A stretch of DNA of 64,000 nt from a virus. Lineage: Duplodnaviria; Heunggongvirae; Uroviricota; Caudoviricetes. Positions 1-8,273 of this stretch are shown here, piece after piece. The position numbers and the translations under genes were made by a program. The stretch lies in the IMG/VR virus record IMGVR_UViG_3300035034_002381, positions 1 through 64,000 of that record; one strand, given 5' to 3'. Positions within the stretch are counted from its first letter, which is position 1, and every line of letters starts with the position of its first letter. A model generated the notes under the pieces. The model did no database searches, was not told where the DNA came from, and worked only from the letters and a program-made list of their open reading frames with translations.

Positions 1-192
1 AAAAACTTTACAAAAAGTAAAACTTTTTATAAAAATCTGTGTATACTTAAAACTTAAACAAATAATTTCGATGCAACAATCAATTTACATACAAAACTTT
101 TTCAACACTATTTTTAGTGTCCATGGGATTTATGTGGAAAAAGAAGAGGATTGGAGTTAACAAATATACAAGATATTTTAACATAAGAAAAA

Positions 193-225
193 TCCCTTCT
201 ATTAATTTAGAAGGGATTTTTCTAT
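193..225 (+). terminator. Rho-independent terminator-like hairpin (aaaatcccttct...agaagggatttt plus T-run) just before the first tRNA cluster
   Basis: Perfect inverted repeat followed by TTTTCTATTT; read directly. Confidence 0.55.
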
Positions 226-228
226 TTG

Positions 229-302
229 GGGCCTTTAGCTCAGTTGGTCAGAGCAGTGCGCTCATAACGCAAAGGTCACTGGTTCGAGCCCAGTATGGCC
301 CA
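229..302 (+). tRNA. tRNA with CAT anticodon (Met, fMet or Ile2 type)
   Basis: Hand-folded cloverleaf: acceptor gggcctt/atggccc, D-arm tagctcagttggtcagagc, anticodon loop ctcataa, T-arm actggttcgagcccagt. Confidence 0.75.
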
Positions 303-351
303 CAACATATTCAGATAAGGTTCTGGGTTCGAATCCCAGTCTGAATACAGC

Positions 352-434
352 ACAAAGGCGAAACAGGTATTCGTAGCGGATTGTAACCCCGCTGTCTTTT
401 GACATTGTGGGTTCGAGTCCCACTTGTGCTACAA
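352..434 (+). tRNA. Class II (long variable arm) tRNA, anticodon GTA (Tyr)
   Basis: Acceptor agcacaa/ttgtgct, anticodon loop ttgtaac, variable-arm hairpin tgtc-tttt-gaca, T-arm gtgggttcgagtcccac; 83 nt. Confidence 0.65.
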
Positions 435-439
435 ATAGT

Positions 440-510
440 CATATAGCTCAATTGGTTGGAGCATCACGCTGATAACGTGAAGGTTATAGGTTCGAGTCCT
501 ATTATGACTA
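440..510 (+). tRNA. tRNA-Ile (GAT)
   Basis: Acceptor agtcata/tatgact, D-arm tagctcaattggttggagc, anticodon stem tcacg/cgtga with loop ctgataa, T-arm ataggttcgagtcctat. Confidence 0.75.
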
Positions 511-511
511 C

Positions 512-586
512 GACGCGGATAAGGCACAGGTAGTCTTGACAGTCTGTAAAACTGTTATGTTATGGGTTCGAGTCCCATGCGCGTCA
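512..586 (+). tRNA. Class I tRNA whose anticodon loop reads ctgtaaa (GTA, Tyr-like). It duplicates the anticodon of the 352-434 gene, so its identity is uncertain
   Basis: Acceptor gacgcgg/gcgcgtc, anticodon stem acagt/actgt, T-arm atgggttcgagtcccat. Confidence 0.5.
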
Positions 587-587
587 C

Positions 588-673
588 TGAAGTGTACCCG
601 AGCGGTTTGCAGGGACCAGACTGATATTCTGGGAGTATTTTACTCAACGTGGGTTCGAATCCCATCACTTCAA
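588..673 (+). tRNA. Class II tRNA (Ser/Leu-type body: 3-bp D-stem, long variable hairpin gagta-ttt-tactc). Its anticodon loop reads ctgatat, so the anticodon is uncertain
   Basis: Acceptor tgaagtg/cacttca, anticodon stem ccaga/tctgg, T-arm gtgggttcgaatcccat; 86 nt. Confidence 0.5.
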
Positions 674-680
674 CCATATC

Positions 681-752
681 GCGGGGTGCCTGGAGAGGTT
701 CCAGATCGGGCTCATAACTCGAATTAACGTGGGTTCGACTCCCACTCCCGCA
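681..752 (+). tRNA. tRNA with CAT anticodon (second Met/Ile2-type gene)
   Basis: Acceptor gcggggt/ctcccgc, D-arm ctggagaggttccag, anticodon loop ctcataa, T-arm gtgggttcgactcccac. Confidence 0.6.
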
Positions 753-755
753 ACT

Positions 756-828
756 AGGATAGTAGCTTAGTGGCAAAAGCACAACTTTTACATGGTTGAT
801 ATCGTGGGTTCGAGTCCCATCTATCCTA
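756..828 (+). tRNA. tRNA-Val (TAC)
   Basis: Acceptor aggatag/ctatcct, D-arm tagcttagtggcaaaagc, anticodon loop tttacat, T-arm gtgggttcgagtcccat. Confidence 0.75.
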
Positions 829-867
829 CAACATGGGGGAAGACAAAGGTAAATTTATTGAAGATTT

Positions 868-940
868 GGGGCTGTAGCAAAGTTGGTCTATGCGGTGGAT
901 TGAAGATCCATGGATGTCGGTTCGATCCCGACCGGTCTCA
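868..940 (+). tRNA. tRNA-Phe (GAA)
   Basis: Acceptor ggggctg/cggtctc (three G-U pairs), anticodon stem gtgga/tccat with loop ttgaaga, T-arm gtcggttcgatcccgac. Confidence 0.6.
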
Positions 941-1020
941 CAAGATTAAAAAATAGAAATCATGAAAAAAACATTAGATTATCTTTAAAACCTAAAGATA
1001 TGAGCAATGGCATTGAACAT

Positions 1021-1094
1021 GGTGTACATAGCTTAGTGGTAGAGCATCGTCTTGTGGTGGCGAGGGGCGTGAGTTCGAATCTCATTGTACACCC
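1021..1094 (+). tRNA. tRNA-His (GTG) with the extra 5' G(-1) pair
   Basis: 8-bp acceptor ggtgtaca/tgtacacc, anticodon loop ttgtggt, T-arm gtgagttcgaatctcat. Confidence 0.75.
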
Positions 1095-1200
1095 ACTTTG
1101 GTCATTTTTGAATTTTGGATAAAAATTGAAAATAACTAAAACTTTCTACATTTAGTATAATATAACCTTGGAAAATTAATAACTTAATCTAAACAAATCT

Positions 1201-2661
1201 ATGGTATTATTACAAATTATTGGAGTACTTGCAATTATTTTCGGTATTATTATGATGTTTTTACATCCTATTGCCAAACGAAAAGAACAGAAAATAATTG
1301 ACGAAAAACAAGCTGCCGAGGAGGCAAGAGAAAAAGGTCAATCATATAGACCTGATTTAAGATCATTAAGTAAACCTAACGCGTTTTCTTTATTATTTAC
1401 TAAAAGTAAATCCTGGTTAGTAATGGGATTAGGTTTAGTAGCAATACTAATTCAAGGATTATTCTTTTATAATCCTGCAGGGACTGCAACGGCAGTCCAA
1501 TATATTTGGGGTGGGGATGATCCTGTTACAACACAAGGGATCAAATTAAAATTGTATGGTAAAACGATACCCATCTCATTTGAGATAGCCATGCAGGATA
1601 TTATTGGTGAAAGCGAAGAATATGAAGAAGGAATTTATTATCGAAAAGGCCAACGAAGAGAATTTGCTGATGCGATTAAAGCAGATATTGCAGCATCTTT
1701 AATTGTTTCTGTTGATTACGCTAATGATTCTCTATTCTTGGATATGGCTGATAAAAATAGATCCGAGAAAAAATTGGTTTATGCTCGTATTTATCCAGTT
1801 TATGATCAAGCATTAAAGAATACTTGCAAGCTTATGGACGCCCAAGATTATATTTCCGGTGCATCCTCTCAGTTTGACTATTACTTGAAAGATCAAATGG
1901 AGAACGGTATGTATTTAACTGAGGAAGTTTATGAAGATGTTAAAACTATGCCTATGACTTTGGGTGACTCTCTATCAAGAACAGTTGCTGCGGGTGTGAT
2001 TAATGACGATAAACGTGAGAAGAAATATCGTATTCGTAAAGATCATAATGGTGAACCGATACGAGATGCATCTAACTCATTAAAGAGATATGGTTTAACT
2101 GTGCAACAAGCTGCTGTAACGAATATTGATTGGGAAGAATCCTTTGATGCTCGACTGCAACTACAAAAAGAACAAGTTGCACAAACTCAAATTGAGAAAC
2201 AAGAGGCGGAAAAGGAATACTATGCAACACAGAAAACTATTGCAAAGGGTGAAAGAGAAAAGGCTGAAGTGCGAGTAACATTGGAAAAGGCGCAGTTACA
2301 ACAAACGATTGCGGCGGAAACAAAAGCTAAATCTGCAAAATACAAAGAGCAGGAAGAGATTAATTTACTTGCTGCGGCTAAAAAGGAAGCTGAAAGAATT
2401 CGTGTGACTGCTGATGCTGATGCATATGAAATTATGAAAAAAGTTCAGGTAGGTATTACTCCCGAAACTGAGCTACAAATGAGATTGGATGCTGGAATTG
2501 CAGAAAAAGCGGCAATTGCTGGACCCACAGGTCTAAAACTACCTGATAATTTGACAATCATGACTATGCCAGGAAACGGAAAATCATCTGATGCTGGAAT
2601 TCTTGAATCAATTATCGGAGCCGAAATCTTAAAAGGTAACGGAAACATTAAAACAAAGTAA
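1201..2661 (+). CDS. SPFH / band-7 (flotillin-like) membrane protein
   Basis: N-terminal TM helix (LLQIIGVLAIIFGIIMMFL) and a C-terminal A/E/K-rich flotillin-type coiled coil (EKQEAEKEYYATQKTIAKGEREKAEVRVTLEKAQLQQTIAAETKAK...AKKEAERIRVTADADAYEIMKK). Confidence 0.6.
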   Translation: MVLLQIIGVLAIIFGIIMMFLHPIAKRKEQKIIDEKQAAEEAREKGQSYRPDLRSLSKPNAFSLLFTKSKSWLVMGLGLVAILIQGLFFYNPAGTATAVQYIWGGDDPVTTQGIKLKLYGKTIPISFEIAMQDIIGESEEYEEGIYYRKGQRREFADAIKADIAASLIVSVDYANDSLFLDMADKNRSEKKLVYARIYPVYDQALKNTCKLMDAQDYISGASSQFDYYLKDQMENGMYLTEEVYEDVKTMPMTLGDSLSRTVAAGVINDDKREKKYRIRKDHNGEPIRDASNSLKRYGLTVQQAAVTNIDWEESFDARLQLQKEQVAQTQIEKQEAEKEYYATQKTIAKGEREKAEVRVTLEKAQLQQTIAAETKAKSAKYKEQEEINLLAAAKKEAERIRVTADADAYEIMKKVQVGITPETELQMRLDAGIAEKAAIAGPTGLKLPDNLTIMTMPGNGKSSDAGILESIIGAEILKGNGNIKTK

Positions 2662-2714
2662 AACTTTTTACTGTAAAAGGTATATAAATAATCAAATAAC
2701 AAAAACAAACCAAA

Positions 2715-3176
2715 ATGGTAGATTTCAACACAATCACAGAGAAAAACGAATCTGAAGCAAAAGCAAAATTCAGAGAAAATGGTACCGGAGTTAAAATGGG
2801 AACATTTGCTTCTGGTGACGAAAGCAAATGGGAAGATCTAATTAACACAGGTCTTTTCAGTAATCAAGCTATCAAAAACAGAATGCTTGACGTTGCACGC
2901 AGAATTAACACTATGTGTAATGACGAACTTTTAGGTAATCTTGACGTGGCTTTTACTGTTACTGATGCTCGTGATAATAAGGTGGAATTTACCTACATGG
3001 ATATTTATACTTTTTTACGAGCGGCATACCGTTACAGAAGTGAAACTAAGAATTATAGAGAAATGAAAGCTAGAAAAGCTGAACTTGAAAAATTCACTGA
3101 AGAAACTAAGACCGTAAAAGAAAAACGTGCTGAGGCACTCAAGGAACTTAAAGAACTTGAAAAGTCTCTTGCATAA
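2715..3176 (+). CDS. Hypothetical protein with a coiled-coil C-terminus
   Basis: 153-aa ORF with an upstream TAAAACTTT...TATATAA promoter-like motif. Confidence 0.5.
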   Translation: MVDFNTITEKNESEAKAKFRENGTGVKMGTFASGDESKWEDLINTGLFSNQAIKNRMLDVARRINTMCNDELLGNLDVAFTVTDARDNKVEFTYMDIYTFLRAAYRYRSETKNYREMKARKAELEKFTEETKTVKEKRAEALKELKELEKSLA

Positions 3177-3360
3177 AAGTTTCTGTCTCTGGGAGACCTA
3201 ACACTGATGATGACAAGCGTCTTGAAAACCTATTTAATCCATAAACTTGGGAAGAAAATGAGAGTGAGTAACTCGAATGAATCGAATGTATGATTCAAAA
3301 GGTATTGGTAGGTTAATTCTTATCAATACCTCTAAAATTCTTCTTAGAATCCATAAAACT

Positions 3361-3425
3361 TAGCTCATTGGTTGGGCATTTGTATAAGAACAAAAGGAGC
3401 GGTTCAATTCCGTAGACTAGAAGAA
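3361..3425 (+). ncRNA. Degenerate tRNA-like element (D-arm-like tagctcattggttgggc, AT-rich anticodon-like hairpin, T-arm-like gcggttcaattccgt)
   Basis: Hand-folded. It lacks a clean acceptor stem and is preceded by a CTTAGAATCC motif. Confidence 0.3.
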
Positions 3426-3430
3426 TTTAA

Positions 3431-3560
3431 TTGCCGGGTTAGTGTAAGGGTCAACACACGTAAAGTAAACATAGTGAACTTTACGAATCACTTAGAATAA
3501 CTAACTATACAATCCATATGGAGGACGGATAACTGGTTCGAGTCCAGTGCCTGGCACAAA
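3431..3560 (+). ncRNA. tRNA-like module of about 130 nt and a candidate Y-RNA-like RNA. It has acceptor-like ends gccggg/cctggc and a D-arm-like gtgt-aagggtca-acac. A 7-bp stem cgtaaag/ctttacg with a 13-nt loop sits in the anticodon position. A 47-nt insert precedes the T-arm ctggttcgagtccag
   Basis: Hand-folded. It is too long for a tRNA and lies 1 kb upstream of the Ro60 ortholog on the same strand. Confidence 0.4.
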
Positions 3561-3584
3561 TTAAATTGCAGAGTGGTGTAGTGG

Positions 3585-3650
3585 CAGCACACGTAAACGC
3601 CGATTAGTGAAGCATTTACGTTACACTAAAAAATTGGCAAATCTCGTTCA
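3585..3650 (+). ncRNA. Second, related tRNA-like half-module (gcagagt, D-arm-like gtgt-agtggcag-cacac, 7-bp stem acgtaaa/tttacgt with a 17-nt loop). No T-arm follows
   Basis: Shares the D-arm and cgtaaa-stem architecture of the 3431-3560 module. Confidence 0.3.
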
Positions 3651-3789
3651 AAAGAAATTTTCAAATGTAACAACAGAAATTGAAGATGTTGATGAATGGG
3701 TATATTTATATGTAAGAATTTAAAACTTTTTTCAAACTAAAGAATATAAAGAACAATAATACCAATAAAAATTCGACTTAGAATACCTA

Positions 3790-3880
3790 AAACTAAAGTT
3801 TAAATTAGCTCATTGAGCATATTTTTTTTATAAATACGGTCTAGGTTAATCCCTAGAAATTCAAACGTTTAGTCGAATTT
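3790..3880 (+). ncRNA. Degenerate tRNA-like element (acceptor-like gtttaaat/attcaaac, D-arm-like tagctcattgagca, A/T-only anticodon-like hairpin, T-arm-like tctaggttaatccctaga)
   Basis: Hand-folded; preceded by a CTTAGAATACCTAAAAC motif. Confidence 0.3.
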
Positions 3881-3901
3881 TTATTGGTTTTTTAAAATAT
3901 T

Positions 3902-3974
3902 GCGGGGTGGACTGGAGTTGGATCCAGCTTGGTCTCATAAGCCAAATCACGGGAGTTCGAATCTCTCCCCCGCT
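3902..3974 (+). tRNA. tRNA with CAT anticodon (third Met/fMet/Ile2-type gene)
   Basis: Acceptor gcgggg/ccccgc, D-arm ctggagttggatccag, anticodon stem ttggt/gccaa with loop ctcataa, T-arm gggagttcgaatctctc. Confidence 0.65.
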
Positions 3975-4280
3975 ACTTGTTAATAGGCATTTTATCAGTA
4001 ACACTGGAAGTTTTGGCCGAATAAATTAAAAAGTAAAATGTGTGTTCGTGTGTTAGTAAAGAGCTGCACGAATTAAATTTAATAAGTTCTGACTAGTGGT
4101 TTCGGTTTAATAGGGAAAGATACTTACCACTGAAAAAACTAAAATGTATACCCTGTAGATTTTCAATATTTATCTAACTAAATATTGCGTGTTAGAAAGT
4201 TCTAGATTAACTGTGCACAGGTTATTTAGTTCTTATAAATTTTAGAATGCACTTAACAATGTAGCGTTAATCTAAAAAAT

Positions 4281-4353
4281 GCCTCGGTAACTCAGTTGGT
4301 TAGAGTATCTGCTCGACATGCAGAAAGCCACAGGTTCGAATCCTGTTCGGGGT
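4281..4353 (+). tRNA. tRNA-like gene with a G-U-rich acceptor (gcctcgg/tcggggt) and anticodon loop tcgacat (GAC, Val-like; position 33 is C). Its backbone is paralogous to the 10905-10978 gene
   Basis: Canonical D-arm actcagttggttagagt and T-arm acaggttcgaatcctgt. Confidence 0.5.
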
Positions 4354-4528
4354 ACTTATTCTACTTAGAATACTTAAACTTTATAAATTGGTTCGATTCC
4401 AATTTTTATTGGTCTTTTTCTGTCAATTAAGTATCAAATAAATTTTTAATATATTGATTGATTTGAATATATTAAACAACCTCTCTTAGAAAATCTAAGT
4501 TAGAGAAGTTAAATCATCAAAAACAAAA

Positions 4529-6472
4529 ATGATGTCTACAAAAACAAAATCTTTATCAAAAGAAAGAGTTGCCTCTGTTTCAGGAGATAAACCAAGACTC
4601 CCAAGAACTCTTGAAACTCTTCAAGGTTTAAGAACAGCTCAAGGATTATCTGACGCGCAAATTGCGAATATGTTAGATAACGCATTATCAGAAACTTCAA
4701 GTAACCATATTATATATGTTCTTGAAAGATTAATGTTACACATTGGTGATGTGAGTCGACAACACAATATGTTGAAAGAATTGGGAATTAATTCTAAATC
4801 TGGTGGCGCACAAGAACGTGGGGTATTCCGATCTATTTTACGATGGTGGGAAAAAACTTTGCCTGAATCATTTGCAGAAAATCTTCGAGTATTCGCTGAA
4901 TTCTCAGTTTTGGAAAACTTGATGTTTTATGAACTTAAAACTGAAAGAGCAACTGGAAAATTAATTGGAAAGGAAATTTTGTTTCCTATGCCAAGTAAAG
5001 TACATGAATTTCTAGCGAACGAAATTCACAAAAATAGAAATGTGAATCTTATTGCTAAGCATTTACCAAAATATGACACTGGTAAAAGTCGAACCACTAA
5101 GAAAACCATGCATATTAAAGACGGTAAGGATAGTTTCATGTGGAAACTTCCTGAAGGTAAAGCTTGGGTTAAATTAAATGGTGATCTAATCGAAGGAGAA
5201 TCTGTTAAGATTACTCAAGGTGATGTAGTTTCATATCCTCGTGATAAATCTTCACATGTTTTAGAAAAACAAAGATTCGTTAATTCTTGGATTTCTAGTT
5301 TCTGTAAAGTTATGGGATGGTCAATTACTGATTATAACAATTTCCGTAAACAACAAAACACACCGGAACAAAAATTCTCAAGTAAACGTGTTTTAAACAT
5401 GCCGAAATCAGATTTCTGGAAAATGCTTGATGGTTTGACTTCTGGTCAAAGATACAGAGTTTCTAGAATGTTAGATTTCAATGCGGAAAAGTGGGGAGAA
5501 TTACCGAAATGGTATGATTTGTGGGAAGGTAACCAAGAAAAAGTAGCCGATAAACTTCGACAAGCTGCAGCTGATGGTGATACTGAAGCAACAGAAAAAT
5601 TGAAGAAAGAATTCAAGGTTAAATCTACTGGAAAAAACACTGTTGATTTATTGAAAGATATGTTAACAGGTAATCATGACGATAGATTCATTAACAACAC
5701 TTATCAATCTATGATTGAGAATATGGATATTGTTGCGAATGTTTTTCCAGTAATTGATGGTTCCGCATCTATGGATTGCCAAATTGGTGGAGGATGGAGT
5801 CCTCGAAGTTCTCGAAGTTCTACGGATAGACAACTTTCAAATAGAGCTGTCGCATATGCTATGGCAATTGCATTTTCTACTAGAAACCCAGTACCAGGAT
5901 TCCGTAACACGTTCGGATGGTTCTCCAGAAACTTTCACATTGTTGGAAAATCTAAGTATGTGAACAATGCACCTAATCAATACGTTGATTCTGGAAGTTA
6001 TACTAAAAAGGTTAATGAGTTCAATGTTTTATCTGAAACTAATACTTTCACTGAAAACTACTCAAACTTGAGAAAATCTGATCCAGGAGAAATATCATCT
6101 ACAAATATGGGTTCTGTGATTACTCACTTCACAAATTTAGTAGAAACTGGTAAATTTCATGTTGAGGATCTTCCATCTGCGTTACTTTTTATCACAGATA
6201 ATGAAAACAACACAGGAATTAGTCCGAAGGAAGCGTTGGCAATAGCTAACAAAATTGGATGGTCTCCATTGGTTATTTTCTGGGGGTTAACTAAAGTTCC
6301 AAGCAACATGATGAATCAGTATAAGGGAATTCCTAACTGCTTACTTGTTGGAGGATTTAATGAATCAGTACTTTCACAAGTACTTAGGGGTATTAAATCT
6401 GGTTCAGTTGATCCAGAGGATGAAATCTGGAGTATTGTCGAAAATAAAAGATATGCAGTAATTACTGAGTAA
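4529..6472 (+). CDS. rsr: Ro60 (Rsr) ortholog: an N-terminal helical TROVE-like region plus a C-terminal von Willebrand factor A domain with a MIDAS motif
   Basis: MIDAS DGSASM (human Ro60 has DVSASM), followed by NRAVAYAMAIAFSTRN (Ro60 ASTVAAAMCMVVTRTE). Then LLFITDNENNTG (Ro60 FIVFTDNETFAG) and NCLLVGGFNESVLSQVLRGI (Ro60 MLDMCGFDTGALDVIRNF). The 647-aa size is about 400 aa of helical domain plus about 240 aa of vWA. Confidence 0.75.
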   Translation: MMSTKTKSLSKERVASVSGDKPRLPRTLETLQGLRTAQGLSDAQIANMLDNALSETSSNHIIYVLERLMLHIGDVSRQHNMLKELGINSKSGGAQERGVFRSILRWWEKTLPESFAENLRVFAEFSVLENLMFYELKTERATGKLIGKEILFPMPSKVHEFLANEIHKNRNVNLIAKHLPKYDTGKSRTTKKTMHIKDGKDSFMWKLPEGKAWVKLNGDLIEGESVKITQGDVVSYPRDKSSHVLEKQRFVNSWISSFCKVMGWSITDYNNFRKQQNTPEQKFSSKRVLNMPKSDFWKMLDGLTSGQRYRVSRMLDFNAEKWGELPKWYDLWEGNQEKVADKLRQAAADGDTEATEKLKKEFKVKSTGKNTVDLLKDMLTGNHDDRFINNTYQSMIENMDIVANVFPVIDGSASMDCQIGGGWSPRSSRSSTDRQLSNRAVAYAMAIAFSTRNPVPGFRNTFGWFSRNFHIVGKSKYVNNAPNQYVDSGSYTKKVNEFNVLSETNTFTENYSNLRKSDPGEISSTNMGSVITHFTNLVETGKFHVEDLPSALLFITDNENNTGISPKEALAIANKIGWSPLVIFWGLTKVPSNMMNQYKGIPNCLLVGGFNESVLSQVLRGIKSGSVDPEDEIWSIVENKRYAVITE

Positions 6473-6491
6473 TCTTAATTTTCAAATTACT

Positions 6492-6527
6492 AAGGAGAGG
6501 CATTTTTGCCTCTCCTTTTTTTATGTT
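6492..6527 (+). terminator. Rho-independent terminator (aaggagaggca-ttttt-gcctctcctt plus TTTTTTT)
   Basis: Perfect 11-bp stem followed by a T-run, immediately after the Ro60 ORF. Confidence 0.8.
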
Positions 6528-6576
6528 TAAAACTATATCAATCTTAGATATATAATACAAATAAATTAAATTAAAT

Positions 6577-7140
6577 ATGAAAAATGTAAAAAACTTTCGT
6601 GAGTTTCTGAACGAGAATCGAGTCGAAAAGAGATTAGCTAGTCTGGACGCAGAATATACTATTGACAAAAAGTTGTGTAAACAATTAATGGATGTGGGAG
6701 AGCAAATAGATTATATATACAATAATTTAGATTTGCCACACTCTGACTTTGCCACTTCTAATTTTATACCACCCGAAATTGAAAACGATGATAAAACAGC
6801 GAGTGATTGGGTAGAATCTGAGAAGGCTCTTATAAGAAGTGAACTAAAATCTAAAGAATCTGAATATAAAAAAATTCTTAGAAAAATACAATCTAAACAT
6901 TCGTATATTAATGATGTAATTGAATATCTTAATCAAACTAATTTAGGTTTTACTTTAGAAAATACATTTATTGATAAAATAAACAGAAGAAATGATATCA
7001 TAAATACTGTTGTAATAAAAAGTTGGTATGGGTATGCTAAAGCTTCAAGAAAAGAATTAGAAAGATATAAAATAACACCTGAGCAACTTGCAGGTACTAT
7101 ATTATCAATGCGAGCAGTCGCTGATGAACTAACATATTAG
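6577..7140 (+). CDS. Hypothetical protein, member of the MKN-K-F-EF N-terminal paralog family
   Basis: N-terminus MKNVKNFREFLNE; promoter-like motif TTTAAAACTATATCAATCTTAGATATATAA upstream. Confidence 0.5.
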   Translation: MKNVKNFREFLNENRVEKRLASLDAEYTIDKKLCKQLMDVGEQIDYIYNNLDLPHSDFATSNFIPPEIENDDKTASDWVESEKALIRSELKSKESEYKKILRKIQSKHSYINDVIEYLNQTNLGFTLENTFIDKINRRNDIINTVVIKSWYGYAKASRKELERYKITPEQLAGTILSMRAVADELTY

Positions 7141-7224
7141 TAATAAAGTACTAAGTGATATTTGTAAACAATTAAAAAATAAGAATATCGAATGTGGCTT
7201 TGATGATGCATTCGACCCTAGTTA

Positions 7225-7425
7225 ATGGAAAGTTTTAAAAGTATACTCGAATCTAAAGATTCTGATAAACTCGCAAAAGAGATCAATAATGCAATCATTA
7301 AAATTGATGATTCTATGTCATACAAAGATTTTGCAGCTGCAGTTATCAAAATAATGAAAGAAGAATACGGAGAACACCTATATACAGAATTCTTAGGAAT
7401 TTTACAAAAAAATCTAAAGAAATGA
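7225..7425 (+). CDS. Small hypothetical protein, paralog of the 47731-47925 ORF
   Basis: N-terminus MESFKSILESKDSDKL versus MKSFKKVLENKEADKL. Confidence 0.4.
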   Translation: MESFKSILESKDSDKLAKEINNAIIKIDDSMSYKDFAAAVIKIMKEEYGEHLYTEFLGILQKNLKK

Positions 7426-7601
7426 AGACTTTTAAAGAATTTATAAACGAATCGGAATATATGGTGGTGAATGGAAAGAAAACGCCGAGATAACAGCTAG
7501 ACAATTATCTTCTGGGTTGGTTATTAGCATTGAACCTACAAAAATAAAAGTATTAGTTAGTACATCATCAGAACTAGATATCGATGTTTTAATGTCTAAC
7601 A

Positions 7602-7790
7602 ATGATAAAATTGAATATAGAAGTTATAGACGACTCGCCGTATACAAAACCAGGATCTACACAAAGTTTTATTAGAATAAAACTGAATGGAAAAACTATA
7701 TATGAAGATAAAGGAGCTAATTATGCCGACGCACCAAGTGACGAGATTATTAGAGCTTATGAAGAGGTGTATAAAATTAGATCCAAATAG
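7602..7790 (+). CDS. Small hypothetical protein
   Basis: 62-aa ORF from the six-frame track. Confidence 0.3.
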   Translation: MIKLNIEVIDDSPYTKPGSTQSFIRIKLNGKTIYEDKGANYADAPSDEIIRAYEEVYKIRSK

Positions 7791-8028
7791 GGAATACGTT
7801 TGCTTCTATACACAATAATTCAAAATATAAGACTTGAAAATGAAAAGATTTTTTAGAGTTGCTAGTATTACATCATTAATTGTTCTGTGTCTATTCACAT
7901 TTTTAATGCACGCGTTTCCATGGGAATGGTCAACTGATATTAGATTATATTGCATATTCACAATGGTTTCTTCATCGATTGTCGCGTATTTCGTAAGCCG
8001 TTAATAAAATTTAACATATAGATAACAG

Positions 8029-8058
8029 TGGGACTTTTATAGTCCCACTTTTTTTGTT
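8029..8058 (+). terminator. Rho-independent terminator (agtgggact-tttat-agtcccact plus TTTTTTT)
   Basis: Perfect 9-bp hairpin plus T-run. Confidence 0.75.
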
Positions 8059-8273
8059 TATATTTATACTGAATTTAAAAACTCAAAATAAATGTCAAGA
8101 GAAAATATGGATTATATGGGCGATGCAGTCTACGCAGAATACACGGGATGGTCAATTGATTTACGAGTCAATGATCATCGGAATCCTGTCGCTGTCGTTT
8201 TAGAAGAACTAGTCTTACAAAATTTAGTCGATTTTGCTAGACGAAAAGGTCTTAAAATCAAATAAATTATGAA

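Noticed and set aside
117-1122. Track ORFs 117-344, 536-727, 555-782(-), 910-1122
   Set aside because: They lie entirely over back-to-back tRNA genes. Their translations are low-complexity read-through of tRNA sequence, with no start context.
3510-3560. tmRNA 3' end (the ggacgg...ggttcgagtcc...gcctggca resembles a tmRNA T-arm/acceptor)
   Set aside because: No matching tmRNA 5' acceptor strand or tag-peptide reading frame was found upstream. The element pairs instead with gccggg at 3431 to form the tRNA-like module.
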